From the IMG/VR virus record IMGVR_UViG_3300048919_000048, positions 87,944 through 151,943 of that record: 64,000 bases of DNA, one strand, 5' to 3'. Below the pieces are notes generated by a model. It saw nothing but the letters and a program-made list of their open reading frames with translations. It searched no databases and was not told where the DNA came from. The translations under genes and the position numbers were made by a program. Source of the stretch: a virus. Positions 18,090 to 25,983 of the stretch are shown here, piece by piece (the first letter of the stretch is position 1; the number at the start of each line of letters is the position of its first letter).

Positions 18090-18169
18090 TGGTGCCCCTC
18101 CCCGGAGTCGAACCGGGAACTCCTGCCGTTTGAAAGCAGAGCCTCTACCTTTTGTTGGGCCAGAGGGGC
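18090..18169 (-). tRNA. tRNA-Leu(CAA), short variable arm
   Basis: CTGCT-TTCAAAC-GGCAG, A73-CCA. Confidence 0.85.
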
Positions 18170-18170
18170 T

Positions 18171-18247
18171 TGGAGCAACGTACTGGATTCGAACCAGTGA
18201 ACACCTCGTTTGCAGCGAGAGCCGTTACCAGACTCCGGCAACGTTGC
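18171..18247 (-). tRNA. tRNA-Cys(GCA)
   Basis: Loop CTGCAAA, U73-CCA. Confidence 0.92.
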
Positions 18248-18253
18248 ATGATC

Positions 18254-18329
18254 TGGTGCTGGATGCAGGGGTCGAACCCGCGACCTTCTGATTACAAATC
18301 AGTTGCTCTACCAACTGAGCTAATCCAGC
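18254..18329 (-). tRNA. tRNA-Thr(TGT)
   Basis: Loop TTTGTAA, CCA end. Confidence 0.93.
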
Positions 18330-18597
18330 AAATCTCCCAGCAAGTCCGGTAGCTGTTACACTCCGGGGGAGGGAGAAATGGGCAGAGGACGTATGCCCGT
18401 GGGGTTGACTTCCCCTTACCGTCCAGCAAAACATGTTTCACGTTACGGGTGGTCGTAAGACCTGAAGCAACCGTCGCTATTCCAGAGGTCGTCGATGGAG
18501 CCGCTGTCTTCCGGCTGAACTGGCCCAACGTCATCGCAGAGGGTCCACTTTATCCATCCACCTACTTGATTGTCATCTCGTTCGGGACATATTCAGA

Positions 18598-18780
18598 TTA
18601 CTTGGAGTCATGTTCTTTGTCAACAGGCTTTTTATCGTTTGCACAAAGATTGCACATTATACTCCGTTTTGGACCGAGATATCGGTTACCGCACACGAAA
18701 CAGAGGCAGATGTAGCCCTTGTATTCGTGGTTCCGGGGGTCATCAGCCCCCGGCAGGTGATTAAAGGTCCGGGCGCTCAT
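18598..18780 (-). CDS. Small Zn-ribbon protein
   Basis: CFVC...CNLC; start MSARTF with GGGGAG RBS. Confidence 0.6.
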   Translation of the reverse strand: MSARTFNHLPGADDPRNHEYKGYICLCFVCGNRYLGPKRSIMCNLCANDKKPVDKEHDSK

Positions 18781-18853
18781 CGAAAACTCCCCAGTCCTCT
18801 TCATTTCTTATACCCTCACCCCAGCCTACGAAACCGTCGAACTCGTCTTTCAT
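18761..18853 (-). CDS. 30-aa acidic micro-protein
   Basis: MKDEFDGFVGWGEGIRNEEDWGVFDERPDL; GGGGAG RBS 6 nt upstream; paralogue of neighbour. Confidence 0.6.
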   Translation of the reverse strand: MKDEFDGFVGWGEGIRNEEDWGVFDERPDL

Positions 18854-18854
18854 G

Positions 18855-18944
18855 TCAGACTCCCCAATTGTGTTCAAAGAACTCAAAATCTTCTTCGTCA
18901 CGGATACCATCTCCGTATCCAATCACCAATTCAGTGCTGTTCAT
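18855..18944 (-). CDS. 29-aa acidic micro-protein
   Basis: MNSTELVIGYGDGIRDEEDFEFFEHNWGV; ATGA overlap with upstream gene, GGAGG RBS. Confidence 0.6.
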   Translation of the reverse strand: MNSTELVIGYGDGIRDEEDFEFFEHNWGV

Positions 18945-19162
18945 ACTGAAATATCCTCCACATAGTAGGTTAATCCCGGGAGACCATCTCCCTTCATGTC
19001 GTTATCGACAAGCTCTTTAATCCCGGATGCAAGAAGTTTATGCATTTCAACCTTGATCTGGTCCATAGACAACTGCTTCAACTTTTCCTCCAGATAAGGG
19101 GCCAAGTCGGCATTGCTGTAGTCCATTTCAAAAGTGACCTTCACTTCGATAACCTGCTTCAT
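18941..19162 (-). CDS. Hypothetical protein
   Basis: ORF with RBS, coupled to neighbours. Confidence 0.6.
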   Translation of the reverse strand: MKQVIEVKVTFEMDYSNADLAPYLEEKLKQLSMDQIKVEMHKLLASGIKELVDNDMKGDGLPGLTYYVEDISV

Positions 19163-19386
19163 TTAACCTCTCCGTCGAAGGTTACAGAGACTTTGGTCGC
19201 TCCAGCTTCACCCATCCCCCGCATCAAGGTTTCTGTTATTGCCTCTGGGAACTTGTCTTCCGCTACAGAGTATACCGGGTTACTCTCGTCAACACCAGGC
19301 ACATTCTTCAGTTCTTTGATGACCTCTGGTGTAGATAGATAATCATCATCCAGATCAATCGTAACGACATACTGAAATTTTCTCAA
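19159..19386 (-). CDS. Hypothetical protein
   Basis: ORF with GGAGG RBS, 4-nt overlaps. Confidence 0.6.
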   Translation of the reverse strand: MRKFQYVVTIDLDDDYLSTPEVIKELKNVPGVDESNPVYSVAEDKFPEAITETLMRGMGEAGATKVSVTFDGEVK

Positions 19387-19634
19387 ATTTCCTCCTTCAA
19401 AATTGCCAGTTTATAACGAGAGGTCTTATCAACCTCATTTGGGTAAAACGAGTATAAACGGTTACCATCTCCAAAGTCAACACTTTGCCAATGCTCAAGT
19501 GGGAACCCTACGGTGCTGAAGGCTAAATCGTCCGCATCGTCGAGGGCATCTTGAAGTGTGGGGTAATGCTCAGAGTGTTCTTCGGAAGTGTAATCGGGGG
19601 TGACAAAACTGAGAGTGAGTTTATAGGGATTCAT
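19383..19634 (-). CDS. Hypothetical protein
   Basis: ORF downstream of TTGACT-17-TAAAAT promoter (19669-19697). Confidence 0.55.
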   Translation of the reverse strand: MNPYKLTLSFVTPDYTSEEHSEHYPTLQDALDDADDLAFSTVGFPLEHWQSVDFGDGNRLYSFYPNEVDKTSRYKLAILKEEI

Positions 19635-19693
19635 AAGTCCAACAGTAAGTTAATCAAGTGATATGGTCATTTTACTGGAGGACTTAACGATAG

Positions 19694-20023
19694 TCAACGC
19701 TTGACGAAGGAGTCAAGGAAATCGGCAAGCAGGCCGGGGGTTGGGGTCAAGGTTAGCTCGACACGTAGCGTCCGGCTCTTCGTATCCTCCTCGGAAAGAG
19801 GGAGGCATTTTACGGCAGGAGTGAAGTCAACCAGGGGCTTAACTTCCTCCCCGTCAATAAAGCACCTGACTTCCTTGTTGTCATAAACGCGCTGTGCGAC
19901 GTTCTCAGCGTTTTCTGCGTAGTAGTCAAGCAAACCCTCGTCTACGGTCTGTTGTGGCTCCTTAGAGCGATCCAGGTGGGTTGCTGCACGGTTCCTGTCA
20001 TGTTTTGCGACAAGGTTTCTCAT
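19694..20023 (-). CDS. Hypothetical protein
   Basis: MRNLVAKHD.NRAATH.D N-terminal motif seen in many phage proteins. Confidence 0.6.
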   Translation of the reverse strand: MRNLVAKHDRNRAATHLDRSKEPQQTVDEGLLDYYAENAENVAQRVYDNKEVRCFIDGEEVKPLVDFTPAVKCLPLSEEDTKSRTLRVELTLTPTPGLLADFLDSFVKR

Positions 20024-20190
20024 TCGCTGTGCTCCGAGATGATTGAATGGATGTTTCCGAGTTCAACATCGACGGTATCGAGTTCATCAAGAGGCTCGAA
20101 GTCTTCAATGTTTCCTTGTCGGTCCAAATACACTATGGCGATCTCAGTGATGGTCCGGGTAATAGTTGCCTTTACCTTACGAGGTTTCAT
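20020..20190 (-). CDS. 56-aa hypothetical protein
   Basis: MKPRKVKATITRTITEIAIVYLDRQG...; AGGAG RBS, ATGA overlap with next gene. Confidence 0.6.
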   Translation of the reverse strand: MKPRKVKATITRTITEIAIVYLDRQGNIEDFEPLDELDTVDVELGNIHSIISEHSE

Positions 20191-20231
20191 ATTTTCTCCT
20201 GTGAGAAAACCGCCCCGAAGGGCGGTTGAAA

Positions 20232-22022
20232 TTATTTCAGGTTTGCTGTGACACGCTCACGGATTTCAGTCAGCGTTTCGTCAACCAACAGTTTGCCGTC
20301 ACGGAACACGACACGGAGTTCGTTATCGGCATCGTTGACTTGCTCCAGTTGGAGGTTATCAACCAGCTTCAGTTCTCCGTCTTCACCACGAACAACCTTC
20401 AGGAAGCCCTGAGCAGACTTCTTGCCAAGGTCGGTCTTAGGCTCTTTGACGACCATGATTTGCTGACCGTCGATAACCGCGCCAGTTGCCTTCACGGCCT
20501 GACCCAGAGAATCACGGGTGTTGAACTGAGTGGTGAAAGAACCAACACCAAACACAACGTTGCTTGATGCAAAGCCCTTCGCTTCCAGACGCTCGAAGAT
20601 CTCTTTGGCGCGGGCCACGGTGATGGAGTCACCGTAAATCAGACCGACATGAGTATCCAGAGTGCGGTAGCCTTTGGAGTTCACATCTCCGCCGAACACA
20701 TCGTGCAGGAGTTCAACAGAACCTTTCTGCTCGTTGGTCAGTTCTGGCTTGTCGATAGCCGTCACCTTGCTACCATCAACGTAGTAATACGTGTATTCAG
20801 CACGGTTCCACTCAATGGAGCCACTCATGCGGTACAGTTCACCGTCGAACAGGAAGAAACGCTCAACGATGTCATCGCCACGTTCACCATGTGGAGTATC
20901 CTGACGGACCTCTTCAACGGCGCTTTCCAGTGCCCAGCTTGCCGCTTTTTCCAGAGTACCAGCTTCATCGAGTGCCTCGATTTTACGCCAGTCGAGTGTG
21001 CCACAGATGATATCTTCCGGTACGCCGGAGTCCGGGCGGAATACCACACGACCGTCACGGGCCATGATTTCATCTTTCAGGATGCGAACACCCTCAGTGA
21101 TCAGACGGAACCAGTCATAGCTATCGCCGACATATGACACGAAACCTTTCGGGAAGATTTCCGTGATGTAACGACGCAGGAACTCGACCTCTGCGTGGAA
21201 ACGCAGGTCATCCAGCGACATTTCCGGATGCTCAGAACGAAGGCGTCCGATGATGAAGCCGATGTTCGTTGTTGCAACGCTGTGCTCGGATGCCGGGATG
21301 GAGCCGGATACGAACTTACCCTTCATACCGTAATAACGGTTTGCATACAGAATCGCCGGGATGGTATCTGTACCCTGGGAGTTCATCAGTTGACCGAACT
21401 CAGACTGCGCCGCATCGTGAGTACCAGCCTGACCACGATAAGCAAAGCAGTGGATCTGGTATGGAACGTGCAGGTTGTTGTCACAGGTTTTCTGCGCCCA
21501 CAGTTCAGCCAGCTTACGATACTGCCAGAAAATGGTTGCCGTGGTTACGGTTTTCCAGTTTTCAGAGGAGATCACCGACTCCAGATAGTTAGGTAACCAG
21601 TAGAAGTCCGGATGCGTGTTCTGAATGGTGAACAGCGGAACCTGTACCGGAGAAAGTGTACCTTCCGGCAGAGCACGGATTTCAACAGGCAGGTAACCCA
21701 AGTCGTGCAGCTTTTCAAAGCCCCACGTTTCAACCATGTCCGGGCCGATAGCCAGGTCACAGGTTTCTTTGAATTCGCCGATAGCGTCTTCCTTCGGACG
21801 ACCGAAGAACTCACGGTTGAAGTGGTCGATCAGGAACCACTTGATAAAACCTTGCAGTCCGGCAGACATGACGCGCTGGTCATTGTCGGAGAAATGCTGG
21901 AAGTGCTTGCTTGATCGTGGTGTCATGTTGTCCTGTACGATTTCAGACTTTTTGCTGTACATGGAGATGTGGCTTGGTTTATACCAGTCAGCAAACAGAA
22001 TAGGCAGGTCATTATGTAACAT
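20232..22022 (-). CDS. NAMPT-family protein (probable Namat, nicotinamide ADP-ribose transferase)
   Basis: DWYKPSH, HCFAYRG, PASEHS, SYVGDSYD, RPDSG, LIYGDSIT, KKSA motifs; paired with Prs-like gene. Confidence 0.9.
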   Translation of the reverse strand: MLHNDLPILFADWYKPSHISMYSKKSEIVQDNMTPRSSKHFQHFSDNDQRVMSAGLQGFIKWFLIDHFNREFFGRPKEDAIGEFKETCDLAIGPDMVETWGFEKLHDLGYLPVEIRALPEGTLSPVQVPLFTIQNTHPDFYWLPNYLESVISSENWKTVTTATIFWQYRKLAELWAQKTCDNNLHVPYQIHCFAYRGQAGTHDAAQSEFGQLMNSQGTDTIPAILYANRYYGMKGKFVSGSIPASEHSVATTNIGFIIGRLRSEHPEMSLDDLRFHAEVEFLRRYITEIFPKGFVSYVGDSYDWFRLITEGVRILKDEIMARDGRVVFRPDSGVPEDIICGTLDWRKIEALDEAGTLEKAASWALESAVEEVRQDTPHGERGDDIVERFFLFDGELYRMSGSIEWNRAEYTYYYVDGSKVTAIDKPELTNEQKGSVELLHDVFGGDVNSKGYRTLDTHVGLIYGDSITVARAKEIFERLEAKGFASSNVVFGVGSFTTQFNTRDSLGQAVKATGAVIDGQQIMVVKEPKTDLGKKSAQGFLKVVRGEDGELKLVDNLQLEQVNDADNELRVVFRDGKLLVDETLTEIRERVTANLK

Positions 22023-22075
22023 ATGAATCTCCTCAGTTAAAAATCGGGGCGGTGTGCCCCGGAACGTGATATAAG

Positions 22076-22966
22076 TTACTGGAACTTCACCATCTTGTCA
22101 ACCGATTTGAAAATTTTATTTTCGTTTCGGCCTTCGAGGTTCTTCATCCACGGGTATGCGGAGTAAACCTCGTCGATGACATCCTTAAACACATCCGCAC
22201 CGTAGGAATAAATCCCATGGGTGGTGTACAGAATGACTTCGCTTGCGCCTTGGTCACGAAGGACCTTGCCCAGTTCGATGAAGGTTCGACCGCCATCGCA
22301 GATGTCATCAACCATAATCACACGCTTGCCCTTAACGTCAGGGCCGGAGTATGTGGTATCCGTGATCTCATTGGTAATGAGGTTTCGGTGCTTCGTACCA
22401 ACACCAATATGTCGGTGACCAACCTTCTTCGCCAGCTTGGTGACTTTCTTAATCGCCCCGGCGTCAGGTGCCACAATGACAGCGTCATCAAAGAAGCCCG
22501 GGCCGAGAATATCCAGAGCCAGTTCGTATTGCTCGAAGACGGATACGTTTTTGATGTGGGACGGGGACACGTCTGAGTGCGGGTCATCCACAATAATTCG
22601 GTCAAAGGAGCACAGCCCCAGAATTCGACCAAACACCTCAGCCGACAGCGGCTCACCTGGAACCATAACCCGGTCTTGTCGGGCATACGGGATGTAGGGC
22701 AGGTGGCAAACCTTTTTCACCAAGTGCCCGGTGCCACGACCCAGACGGTTGAATGCGTCGGTGAACAGGAGCAGGTCCATGATGGCATCTGAACTGTCCA
22801 CGTTGGCATAGACCACCAGGTCTTTACCTTCCGGCATGTTTTCTTTCAGATCGGGGTTGAATGGGCTGGTCAGCATATACCCGTTGATACGGACGCTGCG
22901 CTCACCCCCGGCGAATGTTCCAAATTCGATATCCAGTTGGCTACCGCCAAGATATGCACGAATCAT
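22076..22966 (-). CDS. Prs-family pyrophosphokinase (probable Adps, ADPR-PP synthetase)
   Basis: FAGGE, PYIPYARQDR, DPHS, APDAGA, VDDICDGGRTF, THG motifs. Confidence 0.9.
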   Translation of the reverse strand: MIRAYLGGSQLDIEFGTFAGGERSVRINGYMLTSPFNPDLKENMPEGKDLVVYANVDSSDAIMDLLLFTDAFNRLGRGTGHLVKKVCHLPYIPYARQDRVMVPGEPLSAEVFGRILGLCSFDRIIVDDPHSDVSPSHIKNVSVFEQYELALDILGPGFFDDAVIVAPDAGAIKKVTKLAKKVGHRHIGVGTKHRNLITNEITDTTYSGPDVKGKRVIMVDDICDGGRTFIELGKVLRDQGASEVILYTTHGIYSYGADVFKDVIDEVYSAYPWMKNLEGRNENKIFKSVDKMVKFQ

Positions 22967-23020
22967 ATTTCTCTCCTCTCAGTTAAAGTGTCTGCATGGT
23001 ACAAAAATAAAAAGGCCCCG

Positions 23021-23386
23021 TCAAGAGCCTTTTAAAATATTCGGGTCATTTACCACAATGTACAGCCGGGACTTCACCTTACCCTCGTACACGGTGTCTT
23101 CCTTGTGCGTCGAGATGTAACCCATCTCCTCCATCCTCTTCAGGAATTGTCCAACCTTGGTTCTTGAGTTTACAGACATGCCAAAGAGAGCCGCAAGCTT
23201 ACCCTGCGATTCATAATAGCACTTCTCGACCGGGATACCTTCCTTCACCGCCTTACGTGCAAAAAATCCAAACCTCCAATGAAGAATCACCATCTTCTTT
23301 ACATCGTCCCCCTTCATGTCCATCACCCACTGCATTGGGAACTGGATGAAGGCACCCTCCGGGACGAAACAATCAAACTCTTCCAC
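23021..23386 (-). CDS. Winged-helix DNA-binding protein (candidate origin binder)
   Basis: YESQGKLAALFGMS...RTKVGQFLKRMEEMGYI HTH plus beta wing; adjacent to AT-rich array. Confidence 0.55.
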   Translation of the reverse strand: MEEFDCFVPEGAFIQFPMQWVMDMKGDDVKKMVILHWRFGFFARKAVKEGIPVEKCYYESQGKLAALFGMSVNSRTKVGQFLKRMEEMGYISTHKEDTVYEGKVKSRLYIVVNDPNILKGS

Positions 23387-23413
23387 TTGCCCTCCTTACT
23401 CTAACCCGACTCC

Positions 23414-23712
23414 AGTTTGCCATCTTGTCTTCCACATGTCAACCATGTAGCCCAAAAGGCACACAAGAGTATATAACTACATAAAACCTCGCTACGCTCG
23501 CCCTCCGGGCTACGGTTTTATTAATCTTATAATTTATTCGTTACACTCATAAATTATTAATCTTATAATTATTATTCATATTCATTCATAATAATTATTA
23601 AAAAGAAGAAAACAATAGAAGATTTCTATCAATCTTAAAGATCTTTATATAGATCTTACATGAAAAATTTTAAATTTAAAGTATTGACAGGAGGATCATC
23701 AGATCATAGAAT
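23414..23712. other. AT-rich hairpin array between divergent promoters (putative replication origin)
   Basis: Three hairpins with TC...TC loops, AGATCT palindromes, TTGACA promoters at 23437(-) and 23684(+), strand switch. Confidence 0.55.
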
Positions 23713-23751
23713 GAATACATCGAAACGAGACAACCGTATGAGGGTTATAGA

Positions 23752-24033
23752 ATGTTAAGTAATAAGAAACGTAATAAAATTGATGAACTGGAATTAGCTC
23801 ATCTGGAAGCTGTGCGTGAGGCATGGCACTCAGCGAAAGCTGGCCTGAAGGTCTGCATGGTGTCTGTTTACGAGTGTGGATGGGACACCCTGTTGGGTAA
23901 ATATTATGGTGTGATGATCAAATATGTTGAGAAGGGCTTGATTTATCATCGTGTGGAAGATAGTATGAAGCCTGAACTCCAGCTTACCGCTGATGACCTT
24001 GACAATGTACTGATTACGATGGAGATGATCTGA
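23752..24033 (+). CDS. Hypothetical protein
   Basis: First ORF after TTGACA-17-TAGAAT promoter. Confidence 0.6.
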   Translation: MLSNKKRNKIDELELAHLEAVREAWHSAKAGLKVCMVSVYECGWDTLLGKYYGVMIKYVEKGLIYHRVEDSMKPELQLTADDLDNVLITMEMI

Positions 24034-24260
24034 TGAAACAGTGTGTGAATGATATTGTGGCCTTCGGCCTGAATCAACGCGAGTTGGACTTGGTGGCCTT
24101 TGTGGTGATCATTGTGCTTGGAATTGTGCTTGGCCGATGGATGCTGTCCTACCTCGACCACGGGTTGGAGACTAAAGAGGAGCGCTGGGCACGGAAGAAC
24201 CCGTTCTTGGCGGTTGACTTGGACATGCACCCTCGTGGGAAGAAACGAAATGTGTGGTAA
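24033..24260 (+). CDS. Small membrane protein
   Basis: TM LVAFVVIIVLGIVLG. Confidence 0.55.
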   Translation: MKQCVNDIVAFGLNQRELDLVAFVVIIVLGIVLGRWMLSYLDHGLETKEERWARKNPFLAVDLDMHPRGKKRNVW

Positions 24261-24450
24261 CTGTGATGATGGTTCATACCCTCACTACGGTGTTGGACCA
24301 CATATCTGCTTCTACAAGATACCGGGCGCGGTGATCGGGCAATCAATAACTTTGTCCACAGCACCTCCAAATTACGTGGAGGATTCTGACTGCCCCGGGT
24401 TGGGTGTTTGGTACTGCCCGGAGTGCCGGGCTGGAATGAAGGAGAAATAA
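24250..24450 (+). CDS. Small Cys-rich (Zn-binding) protein
   Basis: MCGNC...YCPEC. Confidence 0.55.
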   Translation: MCGNCDDGSYPHYGVGPHICFYKIPGAVIGQSITLSTAPPNYVEDSDCPGLGVWYCPECRAGMKEK

Positions 24451-24752
24451 TGGCTTTAAATTTCCGAGATGGTGTTGTCGATCGGATGGAGGAGATCTAC
24501 CGGGCACAAGAGAAGCCTCGATTCTACAAGTGGTCTATTGATCTGAATGACCAGTTGGAGTATCTTGAGGAACGGATGCACCGGGCCAATATCGACTTCA
24601 CTGTGACCAAGGTAAAACAGAACTGTGACAACATGCACTTGACAGTGTCAGGAGACCCGGATCAAGTGGCATGGATGGACATGGCGCTGCTTGTGTGGGC
24701 AAACAATAAACGGTGCAAGCACCTGTTGGTACTGGAGCATGTTGATGGATGA
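24450..24752 (+). CDS. Hypothetical protein
   Basis: AGGAG RBS, TAATG coupling. Confidence 0.6.
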   Translation: MALNFRDGVVDRMEEIYRAQEKPRFYKWSIDLNDQLEYLEERMHRANIDFTVTKVKQNCDNMHLTVSGDPDQVAWMDMALLVWANNKRCKHLLVLEHVDG

Positions 24753-25077
24753 GACAATCATCGCCTACAAATTGTTTCGTGTTCGGAAGGATGGCACAAT
24801 AGGCCCCCTATTCATCAACAGGAAGCTCGTGGTGGCCCCTGGTGAGTGGATGGAGGCAGAGTGCCACCCGACAAAAGGGTTCGCTTTACGGCCCGGCTGG
24901 CACTGCACACTGGCCCCTGTGGCCCCGCACCTAAGCACCAACCTGAAATCCGGTGAAGTGCGTAAATGGTTTAAGGTGGAGGTTCAGGGTATTACAACCT
25001 TCCAGCGTCCGGAGTCCCAAGGTGGGACGTGGGTCCTGGCTAAAAGACTCCGTGTCGTGGAGGAAGTGGATGTGTAA
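24745..25077 (+). CDS. Conserved phage hypothetical protein
   Basis: AYKLFR...GPLFIN...RPGWH...QGGTW pattern. Confidence 0.65.
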   Translation: MDETIIAYKLFRVRKDGTIGPLFINRKLVVAPGEWMEAECHPTKGFALRPGWHCTLAPVAPHLSTNLKSGEVRKWFKVEVQGITTFQRPESQGGTWVLAKRLRVVEEVDV

Positions 25078-25288
25078 CTGTGAAGAATGCAAGCGCTGGA
25101 GCCGGGTTTATGAAATCCAAGTCTTCCTGCGGCACCATGGAGAAGAGGCATTGCTCGACGGTCTTGATGAACTGTATGAGACGTATGTCCATGACAGCAT
25201 GGATCACGAGCATCTGAAGGCGATCGTGGACAACAAGTGGCCTTCTGCGGAGGCATACATGAAAGAAAAGGGGTGGGTTCGTGGCTAA
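25070..25288 (+). CDS. Hypothetical protein
   Basis: GGAGG RBS, coupled. Confidence 0.55.
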   Translation: MCNCEECKRWSRVYEIQVFLRHHGEEALLDGLDELYETYVHDSMDHEHLKAIVDNKWPSAEAYMKEKGWVRG

Positions 25289-25706
25289 GAGTTTATCGGA
25301 GATGTGGTTGGATGCAGGAATCGACCGCTGCCTTGAGCAGCCTAAGATTGAGGAAGCCCTTCGTGAGAAGTTGAAGGATTTCTCAAATGAAGAAGATATC
25401 CAACCTTTTGACGAAGAGGAGGAACCGGAGTACGACTCACCTAACGGAAGTGTGTGGATCGTAGCTGTCGATTACGCCGGGAGGGTAACTGTTCTGGAAA
25501 CCCCGAACATTCACCCGGCACTGCTGGACAACGGCCCGGAGGCAGAATATCTCGGCCTCCCGCCGGACGTGGATGACATGGACCCAGGGGTTTATCGCTG
25601 GACGTGCAGTTATCACACCCATATTGACCGGGAGTCTGGTCAAGTTGATGATTACGACTTTGAGATAGAGGAGTCGGTATTGCTCTGGTCACCAGATAAT
25701 GCTTGA
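25281..25706 (+). CDS. Acidic hypothetical protein
   Basis: ORF coupled to neighbours. Confidence 0.6.
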   Translation: MAKSLSEMWLDAGIDRCLEQPKIEEALREKLKDFSNEEDIQPFDEEEEPEYDSPNGSVWIVAVDYAGRVTVLETPNIHPALLDNGPEAEYLGLPPDVDDMDPGVYRWTCSYHTHIDRESGQVDDYDFEIEESVLLWSPDNA

Positions 25707-25983
25707 CGCGGTTCGGTTCCTTGCGGTATTCTTGGTTTTCGGCGGGGTTGTCCTCGCCGGACTTACCATAATGGCGATGGCAGGAGGTGTCGGCGGTGAG
25801 AAGTGTAAAGGAGATTGAGGCTGACCTGAAAAAGCAAGATTTTAGGATCTACTATCGGGCGGTTAAGGCGAGAAGCCGCCTGCAAGGCTGGCTCCCGGCA
25901 CTGATTAAGGCAAACGACGAATTTTTCCGAGATAATCCGGACTACGTCGAAGGTGCAATGTGTGGAAAACTGAAGGAGAAACA

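Noticed and set aside
18435-18542. Hammerhead-like core (CTGCGATGA...GAAAC on minus strand)
   Set aside because: Not CUGANGA, and no stem III/UH cleavage site found.
25703-25732. TTGACG...TATTCT promoter
   Set aside because: 18-bp spacer and lies inside a probable small TM ORF starting at 25699.
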